A program made the position numbers and the translations under genes. Of a stretch of DNA of 64,000 nucleotides, positions 55,466 through 63,588 are shown piece after piece. Under the pieces are notes generated by a model. That model made no database searches, was not told where the DNA came from, and saw only the letters and a list, made by a program, of their open reading frames with translations. Source of the stretch: Clostridia bacterium (GTDB lineage: Bacteria; Bacillota; Clostridia; Oscillospirales; CAG-272); NCBI GenBank assembly GCA_017462615.1, contig JAFTQT010000046.1, positions 26,892 through 90,891 of the forward strand, in the 5' to 3' direction. How positions within the stretch are numbered: position 1 is the stretch's first letter; every line of letters begins with the position of its first letter.

Positions 55466-56250
55466 TTGATCTTTATCACCACCTTTTCCTTCACAGTTTT
55501 TTGAATTGAAATATGTCCGTTTGAGACGGGAGAAGCCTGCACCTCAAAGCAGGCAAGGAATTCCTCGTTGCCATCCCCCCCAAAAATGGGCGAAGGAGCA
55601 AGTCCAATGCAATACAATCCGGCAGCGCCGGCAGCATCCAAAACGCGAGAAATAGCAAAAATGCGATCCTTTTCCTCCCGCACGATCCCCTGCTTGTTGA
55701 GCGCTCCTCTTCCGGCCTCGAATTGCGGCTTGATCAAGGAAATGAGATGCCCGCCCACAGATACGACGTCCGCAATCCGCGGCAGAATATACGTCTGGGA
55801 AATAAAGGAAACGTCCATCACCGCAAGTTCCACCGTGCCTACGTCGGCTGCGGAAAGGTTCCGCGCGTTATATTTTTCAATATTACGCACCCGCGGATCA
55901 GAAAGAAGCTTGGGGTGCAGCTGCCCAAATCCGGCATCCACGGCCACAACCGATGCAGCACCGTGCTGCAAAAGACAATCCGTAAAGCCTCCGGTAGAAG
56001 CACCGATATCAATGGTAAGCTTTCCGGATGGATCAATTCCAAAAAGCTGCAGCGCGCCCTCCAGCTTTTCACCGCCGCGTCCCACAAATTTCGGCTCGCG
56101 GACGGCAATTTCGGGGGTGCCGATCACGTCGTAGGACGGCTTCGTTACAACAACGCCATCCACCGTCACGTCGCCGTTCGCAACCAGTCGCTTGGCGCGC
56201 TCCCGACTCTCAGCAAAACCGTTTTGCTGCAAATATACATCCAATCTCAT
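55462..56250 (-). CDS. tlyA: TlyA family rRNA (cytidine-2'-O)-methyltransferase
   Basis: S4-like start MRLDVYL...RERAKRLV, GGEKL and SAM motif DIGASTGGFTDCLL. Confidence 0.88.
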   Translation of the reverse strand: MRLDVYLQQNGFAESRERAKRLVANGDVTVDGVVVTKPSYDVIGTPEIAVREPKFVGRGGEKLEGALQLFGIDPSGKLTIDIGASTGGFTDCLLQHGAASVVAVDAGFGQLHPKLLSDPRVRNIEKYNARNLSAADVGTVELAVMDVSFISQTYILPRIADVVSVGGHLISLIKPQFEAGRGALNKQGIVREEKDRIFAISRVLDAAGAAGLYCIGLAPSPIFGGDGNEEFLACFEVQASPVSNGHISIQKTVKEKVVIKIK

Positions 56251-56256
56251 ACAGCA

Positions 56257-56754
56257 TCAAAAGATCAGAGGAAAAAACCAATACTGACACAAAAATGCCA
56301 TCAAAACGCCAAGAAGCGCACCGAACAACACCTGCAGAGGGGTATGTCCAAGCAGCTCAGTCAAGGTAACCTCTACAAAATCCTTCCAGTTCTTGCGCAG
56401 CTCTCGTGACATCAGGTTGATGGCAGCAGCCTGCTTGCCGGACTCTCTTCGTACGCCGGAAGCATCCCGCATCACCACCACCGCCAGCACGGCAGAAATA
56501 GCAAACAAGGCGCTGTTAAAGCCATGCAAGATGCCCGTAGAAAAGGCACAGGCCATCACCACCGCAGAGTGTGAGCTGGGCATGCCACCACTTCCCACTA
56601 AAAAGCGCATAAGGCTTGTTTTCTCATTGCGCCGCAGTCCGGTAAAGATTTTGATAAACTGAGCGACGAACCAGGAAAAAATAGAGCACAGCAAGATCCG
56701 ATTTGTAAAAAACTCAACAAAATGCCGCTGCATTTCTTGAAAATTCAATACCAT
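56257..56754 (-). CDS. Divergent PAP2 family (DUF212) membrane protein
   Basis: SGGMPSSHSAVV and RDASGVRRESG...GHTPLQV match the acid-phosphatase/vanadium-haloperoxidase-related pattern. Confidence 0.8.
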   Translation of the reverse strand: MVLNFQEMQRHFVEFFTNRILLCSIFSWFVAQFIKIFTGLRRNEKTSLMRFLVGSGGMPSSHSAVVMACAFSTGILHGFNSALFAISAVLAVVVMRDASGVRRESGKQAAAINLMSRELRKNWKDFVEVTLTELLGHTPLQVLFGALLGVLMAFLCQYWFFPLIF

Positions 56755-56757
56755 AGC

Positions 56758-57645
56758 TTAATACTTTCTCCGCGTTAAATAATCTGCAAAATCAAGCAAA
56801 AAGGTCGCGTTGGGCAGGGCAGCAATGGCCTCCTTTGCCTTGAGCGTGACGCGATCAGCAAAGGCCAAGGCCGCCTCAGGCGTGTAGTAGGTCAAAAAGG
56901 TAGTCTTTCCTCGCTGCGCATCCGATCCGGTGGTTTTACCGGTGGTTTCCACGTCGGAGGTAGCATCCAACACATCATCCACGATCTGGAAGGCGAGTCC
57001 AATACCTGCCGCGTACCGCTGTGCCATAGCTGCCTCAGCACTATCTGCCGCATACCCGGCTGCAAGGCAACCAAGTAAGGCGGAAACGGATATCAAAGCG
57101 CCGGTTTTGTTGCGATGCAATTTGAGCAGTTCCTCCTCGGAAAGGCGCGTTTTTTCGCCCGCCAGATCCATCACCTGCCCGCCGATCATGCCAAAGGAAC
57201 CGGCAGCCTCTGAAAGAGCCGATACGGCAGCGCAAATAAGCGTGGGCTCCACAGCCTGATTGGAGGCCGCAACACCAAAAGCGCGGGTTAAAAGTCCGTC
57301 TCCCGCCAAGAGTGCCGTAGATTCGCCAAACGCCTTGTGACATGTGGGACGTCCTCTGCGATAATCGTCATCATCCATGCAAGGAAGATCGTCGTGAATG
57401 AGCGAATAAGTGTGGATCATTTCTATCGCTGCCGCGAAAGGCAGCGCAGCCTCGTCGCTACCGCCCAAAAGACGGCAGAACTCCAATACAAGCGTAGGGC
57501 GGATGCGCTTGGCACGCGGTGCCAAAAGGCTGTAACGCTCTGCGTCCAGCACTGCTTTGAAATCTGCATCCTCACGCTGCGTCAAGCGGTCAAGGGTAGC
57601 CTCAACCAAAGCCGCGTTTTCGGCAAGTCGTTTCTCAATCATCAT
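56758..57645 (-). CDS. ispA: Polyprenyl (farnesyl/geranylgeranyl) diphosphate synthase
   Basis: LIHDDLPCMDDDDYRRG (first DDxxD) and FQIVDDVLD (second). ATG 57645 overlaps the end of xseB. Confidence 0.88.
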   Translation of the reverse strand: MMIEKRLAENAALVEATLDRLTQREDADFKAVLDAERYSLLAPRAKRIRPTLVLEFCRLLGGSDEAALPFAAAIEMIHTYSLIHDDLPCMDDDDYRRGRPTCHKAFGESTALLAGDGLLTRAFGVAASNQAVEPTLICAAVSALSEAAGSFGMIGGQVMDLAGEKTRLSEEELLKLHRNKTGALISVSALLGCLAAGYAADSAEAAMAQRYAAGIGLAFQIVDDVLDATSDVETTGKTTGSDAQRGKTTFLTYYTPEAALAFADRVTLKAKEAIAALPNATFLLDFADYLTRRKY

Positions 57646-57865
57646 GTTCTTCCTCACCCGCAGTTCCGTTTTCTTCCCCAAGACGAATATGCTCCACCTT
57701 CTGCTCTGCCGCATCCAGCCGGTCGTTGCATAGACGTATCAGCTTCATTGCTTCCTCATAAAGAGCAAGGGATTTATCTAACTCTACGTTTCCGGCCTCC
57801 AGGCTGCTGACAACCTCCTCCAGGCGGGAAAGCGCTTCTTCAAATTTCAATTTTTTCGTCGCCAT
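57635..57865 (-). CDS. xseB: Exodeoxyribonuclease VII small subunit
   Basis: FEEALSRLEEVVSSLEAGNVELDKSLALYEEAMKL is the typical XseB pattern; 76 aa. Confidence 0.88.
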   Translation of the reverse strand: MATKKLKFEEALSRLEEVVSSLEAGNVELDKSLALYEEAMKLIRLCNDRLDAAEQKVEHIRLGEENGTAGEEEHDD

Positions 57866-57867
57866 AT

Positions 57868-59079
57868 CTACTCGCTTTCTTTTTTACCGACGATAAGGGC
57901 ATCGACCGAACCGTCACAAAAACGAATTTCCACATGCTGCCCCGGAGACAGCAATGCGCTTTTGGTGATAGCGCCGCCCGCATCATCCAGCACGGCGGTA
58001 TAACCTCGGGCAAGAACTCCGAGTGGGTTCAGCGCCTCTAATTTGGCAGCCAAAGCTCCAAGAACGCTGCGCTTGCCTGTGGCGATTCCACTCTGCGCAC
58101 GCTGCAGCCTTTCCGTCATATAGGAAAGCTGCATCCGTTGATCCTCCAAATAGGCCTGTGGCATCCGCAGCACGCGTGCCTCCCGCAATGCGGCAAGACG
58201 CTTGCGCTCTGCCTCCAGTCGATGACGCATCATAGCAGCAAGACGCACTTCTATTGCATTCAGCGTAGCCTTCAGCTCCAGCTGATCCGGCACCGCCAGC
58301 TCTGCTGCCGCAGAAGGGGTGGGCGCACGCAGATCCGCCACGAAATCACAGATCGTCACATCGGTTTCGTGCCCCACAGCAGAGATCACCGGAATACGCG
58401 ATGCGGCAACGGTGCGCGCCAACGTTTCGTCGTTAAAAGCCCACAGATCCTCCGTAGAGCCGCCGCCACGACCGAGAATAATCACATCCACGGGACGCTG
58501 CTCATTAAAATACCGCACACCGGTCACGAGGCTGGGCGCCGCGCCCGCGCCCTGTACGAGAGCAGGATACAAAACCACCCTCGCCAACGGATAACGTCGG
58601 CCTAAAATGTGCATCACATCCCGAACCGCAGCACCGGTAGGCGAGGTGATCACACCAACGGTTTCCGGATACGGTGGTAACGGACGCTTGCGGGTCGGGT
58701 CAAATAAGCCTTCCGACTCCAGCTTACGCCGTAATTGCTCGTAGGCGATCCAAAGAGCGCCCACGCCATCCGGCTGCATGTCGTCCACGTAGATCTGGTA
58801 CTGTCCGTCACGCGGAAAAACCGAAACTCTACCGTGCACGATCACCTTCATGCCGTTCTCCGGCAAAAAGGAGAGCCGCTGCGCATAAGAGCGGAACATG
58901 ACGCCACGCACGGCACCGCTTTCATCCTTCAGAGAGAAATAGAAATGTCCCGTTTTATAGTGATTGGTGAAATTGGAGATCTCACCCTTCACGTAAAGAT
59001 TGGCAAGCAAGGGATTGCCATCCATCAGCATTTTCAGATATTCGTTTAATTCCGTAACCGTCAACAAAGCGTCCCGCAT
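57868..59079 (-). CDS. xseA: Exodeoxyribonuclease VII large subunit
   Basis: TVTELNEYLK...GEISNF...GHFYFSLKD OB-fold start and GRGGGSTEDLWAFN. ATG 59079 lies 6 nt after GGAGGG. Confidence 0.9.
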   Translation of the reverse strand: MRDALLTVTELNEYLKMLMDGNPLLANLYVKGEISNFTNHYKTGHFYFSLKDESGAVRGVMFRSYAQRLSFLPENGMKVIVHGRVSVFPRDGQYQIYVDDMQPDGVGALWIAYEQLRRKLESEGLFDPTRKRPLPPYPETVGVITSPTGAAVRDVMHILGRRYPLARVVLYPALVQGAGAAPSLVTGVRYFNEQRPVDVIILGRGGGSTEDLWAFNDETLARTVAASRIPVISAVGHETDVTICDFVADLRAPTPSAAAELAVPDQLELKATLNAIEVRLAAMMRHRLEAERKRLAALREARVLRMPQAYLEDQRMQLSYMTERLQRAQSGIATGKRSVLGALAAKLEALNPLGVLARGYTAVLDDAGGAITKSALLSPGQHVEIRFCDGSVDALIVGKKESE

Positions 59080-59108
59080 AGCGCACCCTCCTTCCATGCT
59101 TTTTGAAT

Positions 59109-60065
59109 TTATCCGTTGGTAGCCGCATCTCTGCAAAGCAGCGCGATGCCGGCCGCATTATCCGCCGAAAAGGCAGGTTCGGAAAAATATACCTCTCCGG
59201 TCAAGCGCCGCTTCAAATCTGTAGCAATCAAGCGGTTGGACATGACGCCGCCCGCAAAAACCAGCGGCAGTCCGGGGTAAAGACTGCGCAAATGCTCAGC
59301 CATTTTATATAGTGTATCAGCAAGAAACTGCAGAACAAAGGCAGCTACCAGCGGTTTGTCTTCGGTTTCGCTATAGAGCTTCATGGCCAAATTTTCAAGC
59401 CCGGAAAGATGACAGCTTCCTTCTTTTACAGAGACACGCGGCGGAGGAACGGGCTTATGGTTCCGCATTGCCAGCTGCTCCAGCGCAGGCCCCGCAGGAA
59501 AGGAAAGTCCCATGGCGACACCGATGCGATCCACAGCCTGTCCCGCATGAAGGTCAAGCCCTTCACCGCACAGTGCAACGTGAAAGCCTCTTGCAACGGG
59601 CGTCACGTGCACCATCTCCGTGGTGCCGCCCGATACGTGAAAGGCACCGAATTCTCGATGGCGCAGCGTATTGAGCGCACCCGAGCCATAAAGCGCGGCC
59701 ATAATATGTCCATTCTGATGCGAAAACTCATAAATGGGCAATCGCCGCTCTGCCGCGATTGCGTGCGCAGCCACCATACCGGATAAAAAGCAGGGCATAT
59801 AAGAGTCCTTTGCATCACGAGGGCGGGCGGAAACGCCAATAGCAACAGGGGAATAATCCCGTAGCACCTCGCTCAGCTGATCCAGCAATCCGGGCAGATT
59901 TTTGGTATGCGCAAACACCGCGTCGCTTTGCCTGAGACCACGCTCTCCTTCTTTTACAGGAAGAGGGGCCTTAAGATTTGCAATCACCTCACCGGCGGCA
60001 TTTGCCAACGACACCGAGGTGGTGTAATTACTGGTATCAATACCGATATAGCAGGCCTCAGCCAT
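59109..60065 (-). CDS. Kae1/TsaD-family (glycoprotease M22-like) paralogue
   Basis: IGIDTSNYTTS ASKHA start, metal motif SHQNGH (HxxxH), and FAGGVMSNRLI. ATG 60065 lies 6 nt after GGAG and overlaps the nusB end by 8 nt. Confidence 0.7.
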   Translation of the reverse strand: MAEACYIGIDTSNYTTSVSLANAAGEVIANLKAPLPVKEGERGLRQSDAVFAHTKNLPGLLDQLSEVLRDYSPVAIGVSARPRDAKDSYMPCFLSGMVAAHAIAAERRLPIYEFSHQNGHIMAALYGSGALNTLRHREFGAFHVSGGTTEMVHVTPVARGFHVALCGEGLDLHAGQAVDRIGVAMGLSFPAGPALEQLAMRNHKPVPPPRVSVKEGSCHLSGLENLAMKLYSETEDKPLVAAFVLQFLADTLYKMAEHLRSLYPGLPLVFAGGVMSNRLIATDLKRRLTGEVYFSEPAFSADNAAGIALLCRDAATNG

Positions 60066-60477
60066 TTTGCGCTCCGCTGATTTCATTTTTGATGCTGTTG
60101 AGCACGCCGTTTACAAAGGGGCGGGCATTTTCATCATCAAAGGTCTTGCAAAGCTCTATGGCCTCATTGAGGGACACGTTGCTGGGAATATCGTCACAAT
60201 AGAGCATCTCATACACGCAAAGACGCAAAAGCGAGCGGGAAACGCGGGAAATACGTGTGGTCTTCCAACCGCGTGCATGCTTATTGATCAGCTCGTCGAT
60301 TTCTGCGAGATGCTCACAGACGCCGAAATATGCCGCACGCACGTAAGCATCCTCACCGATCTCGCGAACGTCCACAGAAAGGGCGTAAATATCTTCCCTT
60401 GCCTCCTCCGTGCGAAATTCCGTTTCAAACAGAAGGTGGAAAACCGCTTCTCTTGCTTCTCTTCTATTCATACTCAT
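60058..60477 (-). CDS. nusB: Transcription antitermination factor NusB
   Basis: RREAREAVFHLLFE...W...RISRVSRSLLRLCVYEML...FVNGVL. ATG 60477 follows AGAGGA. Confidence 0.9.
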   Translation of the reverse strand: MSMNRREAREAVFHLLFETEFRTEEAREDIYALSVDVREIGEDAYVRAAYFGVCEHLAEIDELINKHARGWKTTRISRVSRSLLRLCVYEMLYCDDIPSNVSLNEAIELCKTFDDENARPFVNGVLNSIKNEISGAQNG

Positions 60478-60527
60478 AATATCCTCTTTTCTATAAAAAA
60501 GCATATAGTTATATTGATATATAAAAT

Positions 60528-60556
60528 ATTATACCCTTTCTTGCTCCAAAAGTCAA
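60528..60556 (-). promoter_or_regulatory. Sigma-A-type promoter candidate for the nusB operon
   Basis: On the minus strand: TTGACT (60556-60551), 17 nt, TATAAT (60533-60528). Confidence 0.55.
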
Positions 60557-60646
60557 CAAGAAAATGAATATTTTCATCGAAAATTGCATAAAAATCGATT
60601 TCAAATACTGCCTCGCAAATTACCGGCTCGCATTGTCACAGAATAT

Positions 60647-60682
60647 AAAAAAGCTCCGAGCGTTTTTCGCTCGGAGCTTTTT
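60647..60682. terminator. Bidirectional terminator downstream of rubredoxin
   Basis: A6-GCTCCGAGCG-ttttt-CGCTCGGAGC-T5. Confidence 0.85.
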
Positions 60683-60729
60683 ATGCAGACTGTCGTCTGC
60701 GCGATGCGGCAAGCACCTTTTGCGGCAGC

Positions 60730-60900
60730 TTACTCGCTATCGGGCATTTTTTCAAAATCCTCTTTGGCAGCTCCGCACAAGGGACAAACGTAGTCCTCGG
60801 GCAGATCCTCAAACTCCGTTCCCTCCGAGATACCGTTTTCGGGATCGCCGTTTCGCGGATCATACTCGTAGCCACACAGTGCACAAACATAAATAGCCAT
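60730..60900 (-). CDS. Rubredoxin (56 aa; not in the ORF track)
   Basis: Own translation: [56 protein letters not shown]. It has the two CxxCG knuckles. AAGGAGG, 7 nt, ATG. Confidence 0.9.
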   Translation of the reverse strand: MAIYVCALCGYEYDPRNGDPENGISEGTEFEDLPEDYVCPLCGAAKEDFEKMPDSE

Positions 60901-60941
60901 AAAACATACCTCCTTTTGCTTTCTGATTCATCGCATTATAT

Positions 60942-60970
60942 ATCATAATCAGCAAAGCCCGTCTTGTCAA
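60942..60970 (-). promoter_or_regulatory. Sigma-A-type promoter candidate for rubredoxin
   Basis: On the minus strand: TTGACA (60970-60965), 17 nt, TATGAT (60947-60942). Confidence 0.55.
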
Positions 60971-61008
60971 GTACATTTTTCATCTTTTGGCATATTTTTT
61001 TGAAAAAT

Positions 61009-61653
61009 TTATATTTGTTTCTGCTCAGGCGTCTCGGAAAGATAGATTTTGGCAACATCGGCAATCATCCGCGCACACCCCTCGATACCCAGCAAGGAGC
61101 TGTCGAGCGAGAGATGATAGTTGTCGAATTTGCCCCATTTTCTGCCGGTATAAAAATTATAATAGTTTACGCGACTCTTGTCGGTCTTGTTGATCATATT
61201 GATCGCTTCGTCGCGGTCAACGCCGTGCTGCTCACAAACGCGATGAATACGCGCTTCCTTGTCAGCATAGATAAAAACGCTGATGCGGGCGGGATGATTG
61301 CGCAGCACGTAATCGGCACAGCGGCCAATGAACACGCAGGACTCCTCCTCCACGGCGTTTTTCATAATTTCCGTCTGGGTAATAAACAGCTGATCGTTGA
61401 TGGGCACATCCACGCCAAAATTGCGTGCGCCATAAAGGGAGGAGCCAAGTGCCAGCGTATAGAGCAAGCTGTTTGTGGCCTTTTCGTCCACTCTGCGAAG
61501 ATAATCGGCGTTGATCCCGTTCTTTTCTGCGGCCATAAGCAGAAGCTCCTTGTCGTACACGCGGAAGCCAAGAATCTCTCCAACGCGCTTACCGATCTCA
61601 CGACCGCCGCTGCCGAATTGCCGTCCAATGGTGATAGCTAACTTTTCTGCCAT
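61009..61653 (-). CDS. Cytidylate kinase-like family protein
   Basis: ITIGRQFGSGGREIGKRVGEILGFRVYDKEL is typical of the cytidylate-kinase-like (AAA_28/Cytidylate_kin2) family. ATG 61653 follows AAGGAGGG. Confidence 0.78.
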   Translation of the reverse strand: MAEKLAITIGRQFGSGGREIGKRVGEILGFRVYDKELLLMAAEKNGINADYLRRVDEKATNSLLYTLALGSSLYGARNFGVDVPINDQLFITQTEIMKNAVEEESCVFIGRCADYVLRNHPARISVFIYADKEARIHRVCEQHGVDRDEAINMINKTDKSRVNYYNFYTGRKWGKFDNYHLSLDSSLLGIEGCARMIADVAKIYLSETPEQKQI

Positions 61654-61669
61654 GTGAAATCCCTCCTTT

Positions 61670-61683
61670 TGGAAACGTTTCCA
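61670..61683. promoter_or_regulatory. Perfect 14-bp palindrome TGGAAACGTTTCCA (LacI/CcpA-type operator candidate)
   Basis: Read directly. It sits between the candidate -10 (61689-61694) and the SD of the 61653 gene, and matches the cre consensus TGWAANCGNTNWCA at 12 of 14 positions. Confidence 0.45.
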
Positions 61684-61688
61684 TTTAT

Positions 61689-61717
61689 AGTTTAACACAT
61701 TTTTGCGAAAATGTAAA
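61689..61717 (-). promoter_or_regulatory. Sigma-A-type promoter candidate for the cytidylate-kinase-like gene
   Basis: On the minus strand: TTTACA (61717-61712), 17 nt, TAAACT (61694-61689), with TGt upstream. Confidence 0.45.
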
Positions 61718-61773
61718 GAGAAAATATGTGATAGAACAGGATTTTTTTGAATAAAGTTTTTTGAGGTGATAAA

Positions 61774-63384
61774 ATGCAGACTAAAAAACAGTATATGATG
61801 AACGCGCTTCTGCTGACAGCAGTTGCGTTTCTGATGCGAACGGTATCCGTTGGATTCAACATTTACATCTCCGGCCTTGTGGGCGCAGAAACAATGGGGC
61901 TCTTATCCTTAATATCCGGAGTATATGGATTTGCCACCACGCTTGCCACCTCCGGCATCCATCTTGCCACGGTTCGTATCATATCGGAGCGTTTACAAAA
62001 AACGGGAGGCAGCGAATGTAAAAGATGCCTTACAGCTTGTCTTTGTTATGCTGCGTTTTTTGGAACGCTCGCCACACTTCTGTTGGCTGCGCTGGCACGT
62101 CCCATCGGACTTTTTGTTCTGAAGGATCCGCGCACGGTTCGCGCGCTGCTCTTGCTTTCCGCCACACTACTGCCTATTGCCCTTTCGTCGGTGTTGAACG
62201 GTTATTTCACCGCCGTTCGTCGGGCATTCAAAAATGCCATTTCGCAAGTGATGGAGCAATTTGTAAAAATTGCGCTTACTACCTATCTTTTGATCGTGAT
62301 CGCACCCAAAACCGTGGAGGGCAGCGTTATTGCCGTGCTGATGGGCGGTGCTGTGGCCGAAAGCGCCTCTCTTTGTCTCAATTTGCTACTATATCTGTTT
62401 GACAAACGCCATTTCAAAAACGTATCTCAGAGAAAATACGGTACACCCTTGCGCGTAGTCTCCGTGGCCATGCCCGTGGCGATCAGCGCCTATATCCGCT
62501 CCGGACTGCTGACCCTGGAGCATGTGTTGATCCCAATCGGGCTGAAATCCTACGGCATCGATTACGCCGCCGCGCTTTCCTCATATGGCGCGCTGCACAG
62601 CATGGCACTTCCCGTGGTACTTTATCCGGCAGCGCTCCTTTCCTCTTTTGCCGCCCTGCTGATCCCGGAGATTACGGAGCAGGAAAGCGCGGGCAATCGG
62701 CGGGAAATCCGTTACATTGCCGGTCGGGTATATCAAATGACGCTGCTATTCGCTGTCGGAGCATCTGCCATAATGCTGTTTCTCTCAGGAGAGCTGGGAC
62801 AGGTTCTTTACGAAAACAAAGAGGTGTCCTACTTCATCAAATGGCTGGCACCGCTGGTGCCGATCATGTATATGGATACTGCTACGGATGCAATGCTGAA
62901 GGGACTGGGACAGCAAGTATATTCTATGAACGTCAATATCATCGATGCGCTGATTTCCGTTCTCTCGGTGTGGATACTTGTGCCTCGCATGGGGATTATG
63001 GGTTACCTTGTTACCATATATATTACGGAAATCCTCAATGCCACCTGCAGCGTTTGTCGACTGCTGAAAATCAGCGGCTACGTACCCAGCCCCACCAAGC
63101 TCCTCCTGCGTCCGATAATTTCTGCCATAGGCGCAACTTGCATTTCAAATCTGTTATTGATAGTGGGCAAGCAAAGCGATGCTCCCTGCCCTCTTTCACT
63201 CACAATGCACATTTTGCTGGTCTGTGTTTTCTATATGACCCTTTTGGCCACCACAAATGCTTTCGGGCAAGCTGAATGGAGATGGCTTCACTCACTATTC
63301 CTCAACCAGGAAAGTGCGAGCAGAAAAAGCTGCACTCATCACCTTTTTTTCAAAAAAAAGCCCAAAACAACGTCAAAGCAATAG
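61774..63384 (+). CDS. spoVB: Stage V sporulation protein B-like MOP-family flippase
   Basis: N-terminus LLLTAVAFLMRTVSVGFNIYISGLVGAETMGLLSLI and about 14 TM segments resemble SpoVB. GAGGTG, 5 nt, ATG. Confidence 0.75.
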   Translation: MQTKKQYMMNALLLTAVAFLMRTVSVGFNIYISGLVGAETMGLLSLISGVYGFATTLATSGIHLATVRIISERLQKTGGSECKRCLTACLCYAAFFGTLATLLLAALARPIGLFVLKDPRTVRALLLLSATLLPIALSSVLNGYFTAVRRAFKNAISQVMEQFVKIALTTYLLIVIAPKTVEGSVIAVLMGGAVAESASLCLNLLLYLFDKRHFKNVSQRKYGTPLRVVSVAMPVAISAYIRSGLLTLEHVLIPIGLKSYGIDYAAALSSYGALHSMALPVVLYPAALLSSFAALLIPEITEQESAGNRREIRYIAGRVYQMTLLFAVGASAIMLFLSGELGQVLYENKEVSYFIKWLAPLVPIMYMDTATDAMLKGLGQQVYSMNVNIIDALISVLSVWILVPRMGIMGYLVTIYITEILNATCSVCRLLKISGYVPSPTKLLLRPIISAIGATCISNLLLIVGKQSDAPCPLSLTMHILLVCVFYMTLLATTNAFGQAEWRWLHSLFLNQESASRKSCTHHLFFKKKPKTTSKQ

Positions 63385-63397
63385 CTTACAAACCATT

Positions 63398-63427
63398 TTT
63401 GCAAGAATTAAATCAAAATCTTGCAAA
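63398..63427. promoter_or_regulatory. 9-bp inverted repeat TTTGCAAGA-N12-TCTTGCAAA
   Basis: Read directly, 14 nt after the spoVB stop and upstream of the PEPCK promoter. No T-run follows, so it is either a weak terminator or a protein-binding site. Confidence 0.3.
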
Positions 63428-63507
63428 TTCGATATATATATAAAGGTATATTTCCCATTTTTCTGCAATTTTAATTGTGAACAATCTGTAACTTTTGAAA
63501 GTTCCTA

Positions 63508-63536
63508 TTGCAAATTGTGCAAAAATGTAGTAAAAT
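63508..63536 (+). promoter_or_regulatory. Sigma-A-type promoter candidate for PEP carboxykinase
   Basis: TTGCAA (63508-63513), 17 nt, TAAAAT (63531-63536). Confidence 0.5.
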
Positions 63537-63588
63537 GATATCTGTAGAACGACTGTCCAAACAGTCCTAAATACAGGAGGAGAAAATT

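Noticed and set aside
60564-60896. The 110-aa plus-strand ORF and the 69-aa minus-strand ORF (60681..60890) over the rubredoxin locus.
   Set aside because: The opposite-strand, other-frame reading gives a textbook rubredoxin with SD, promoter and terminator. The listed ORFs have no motifs or SD.
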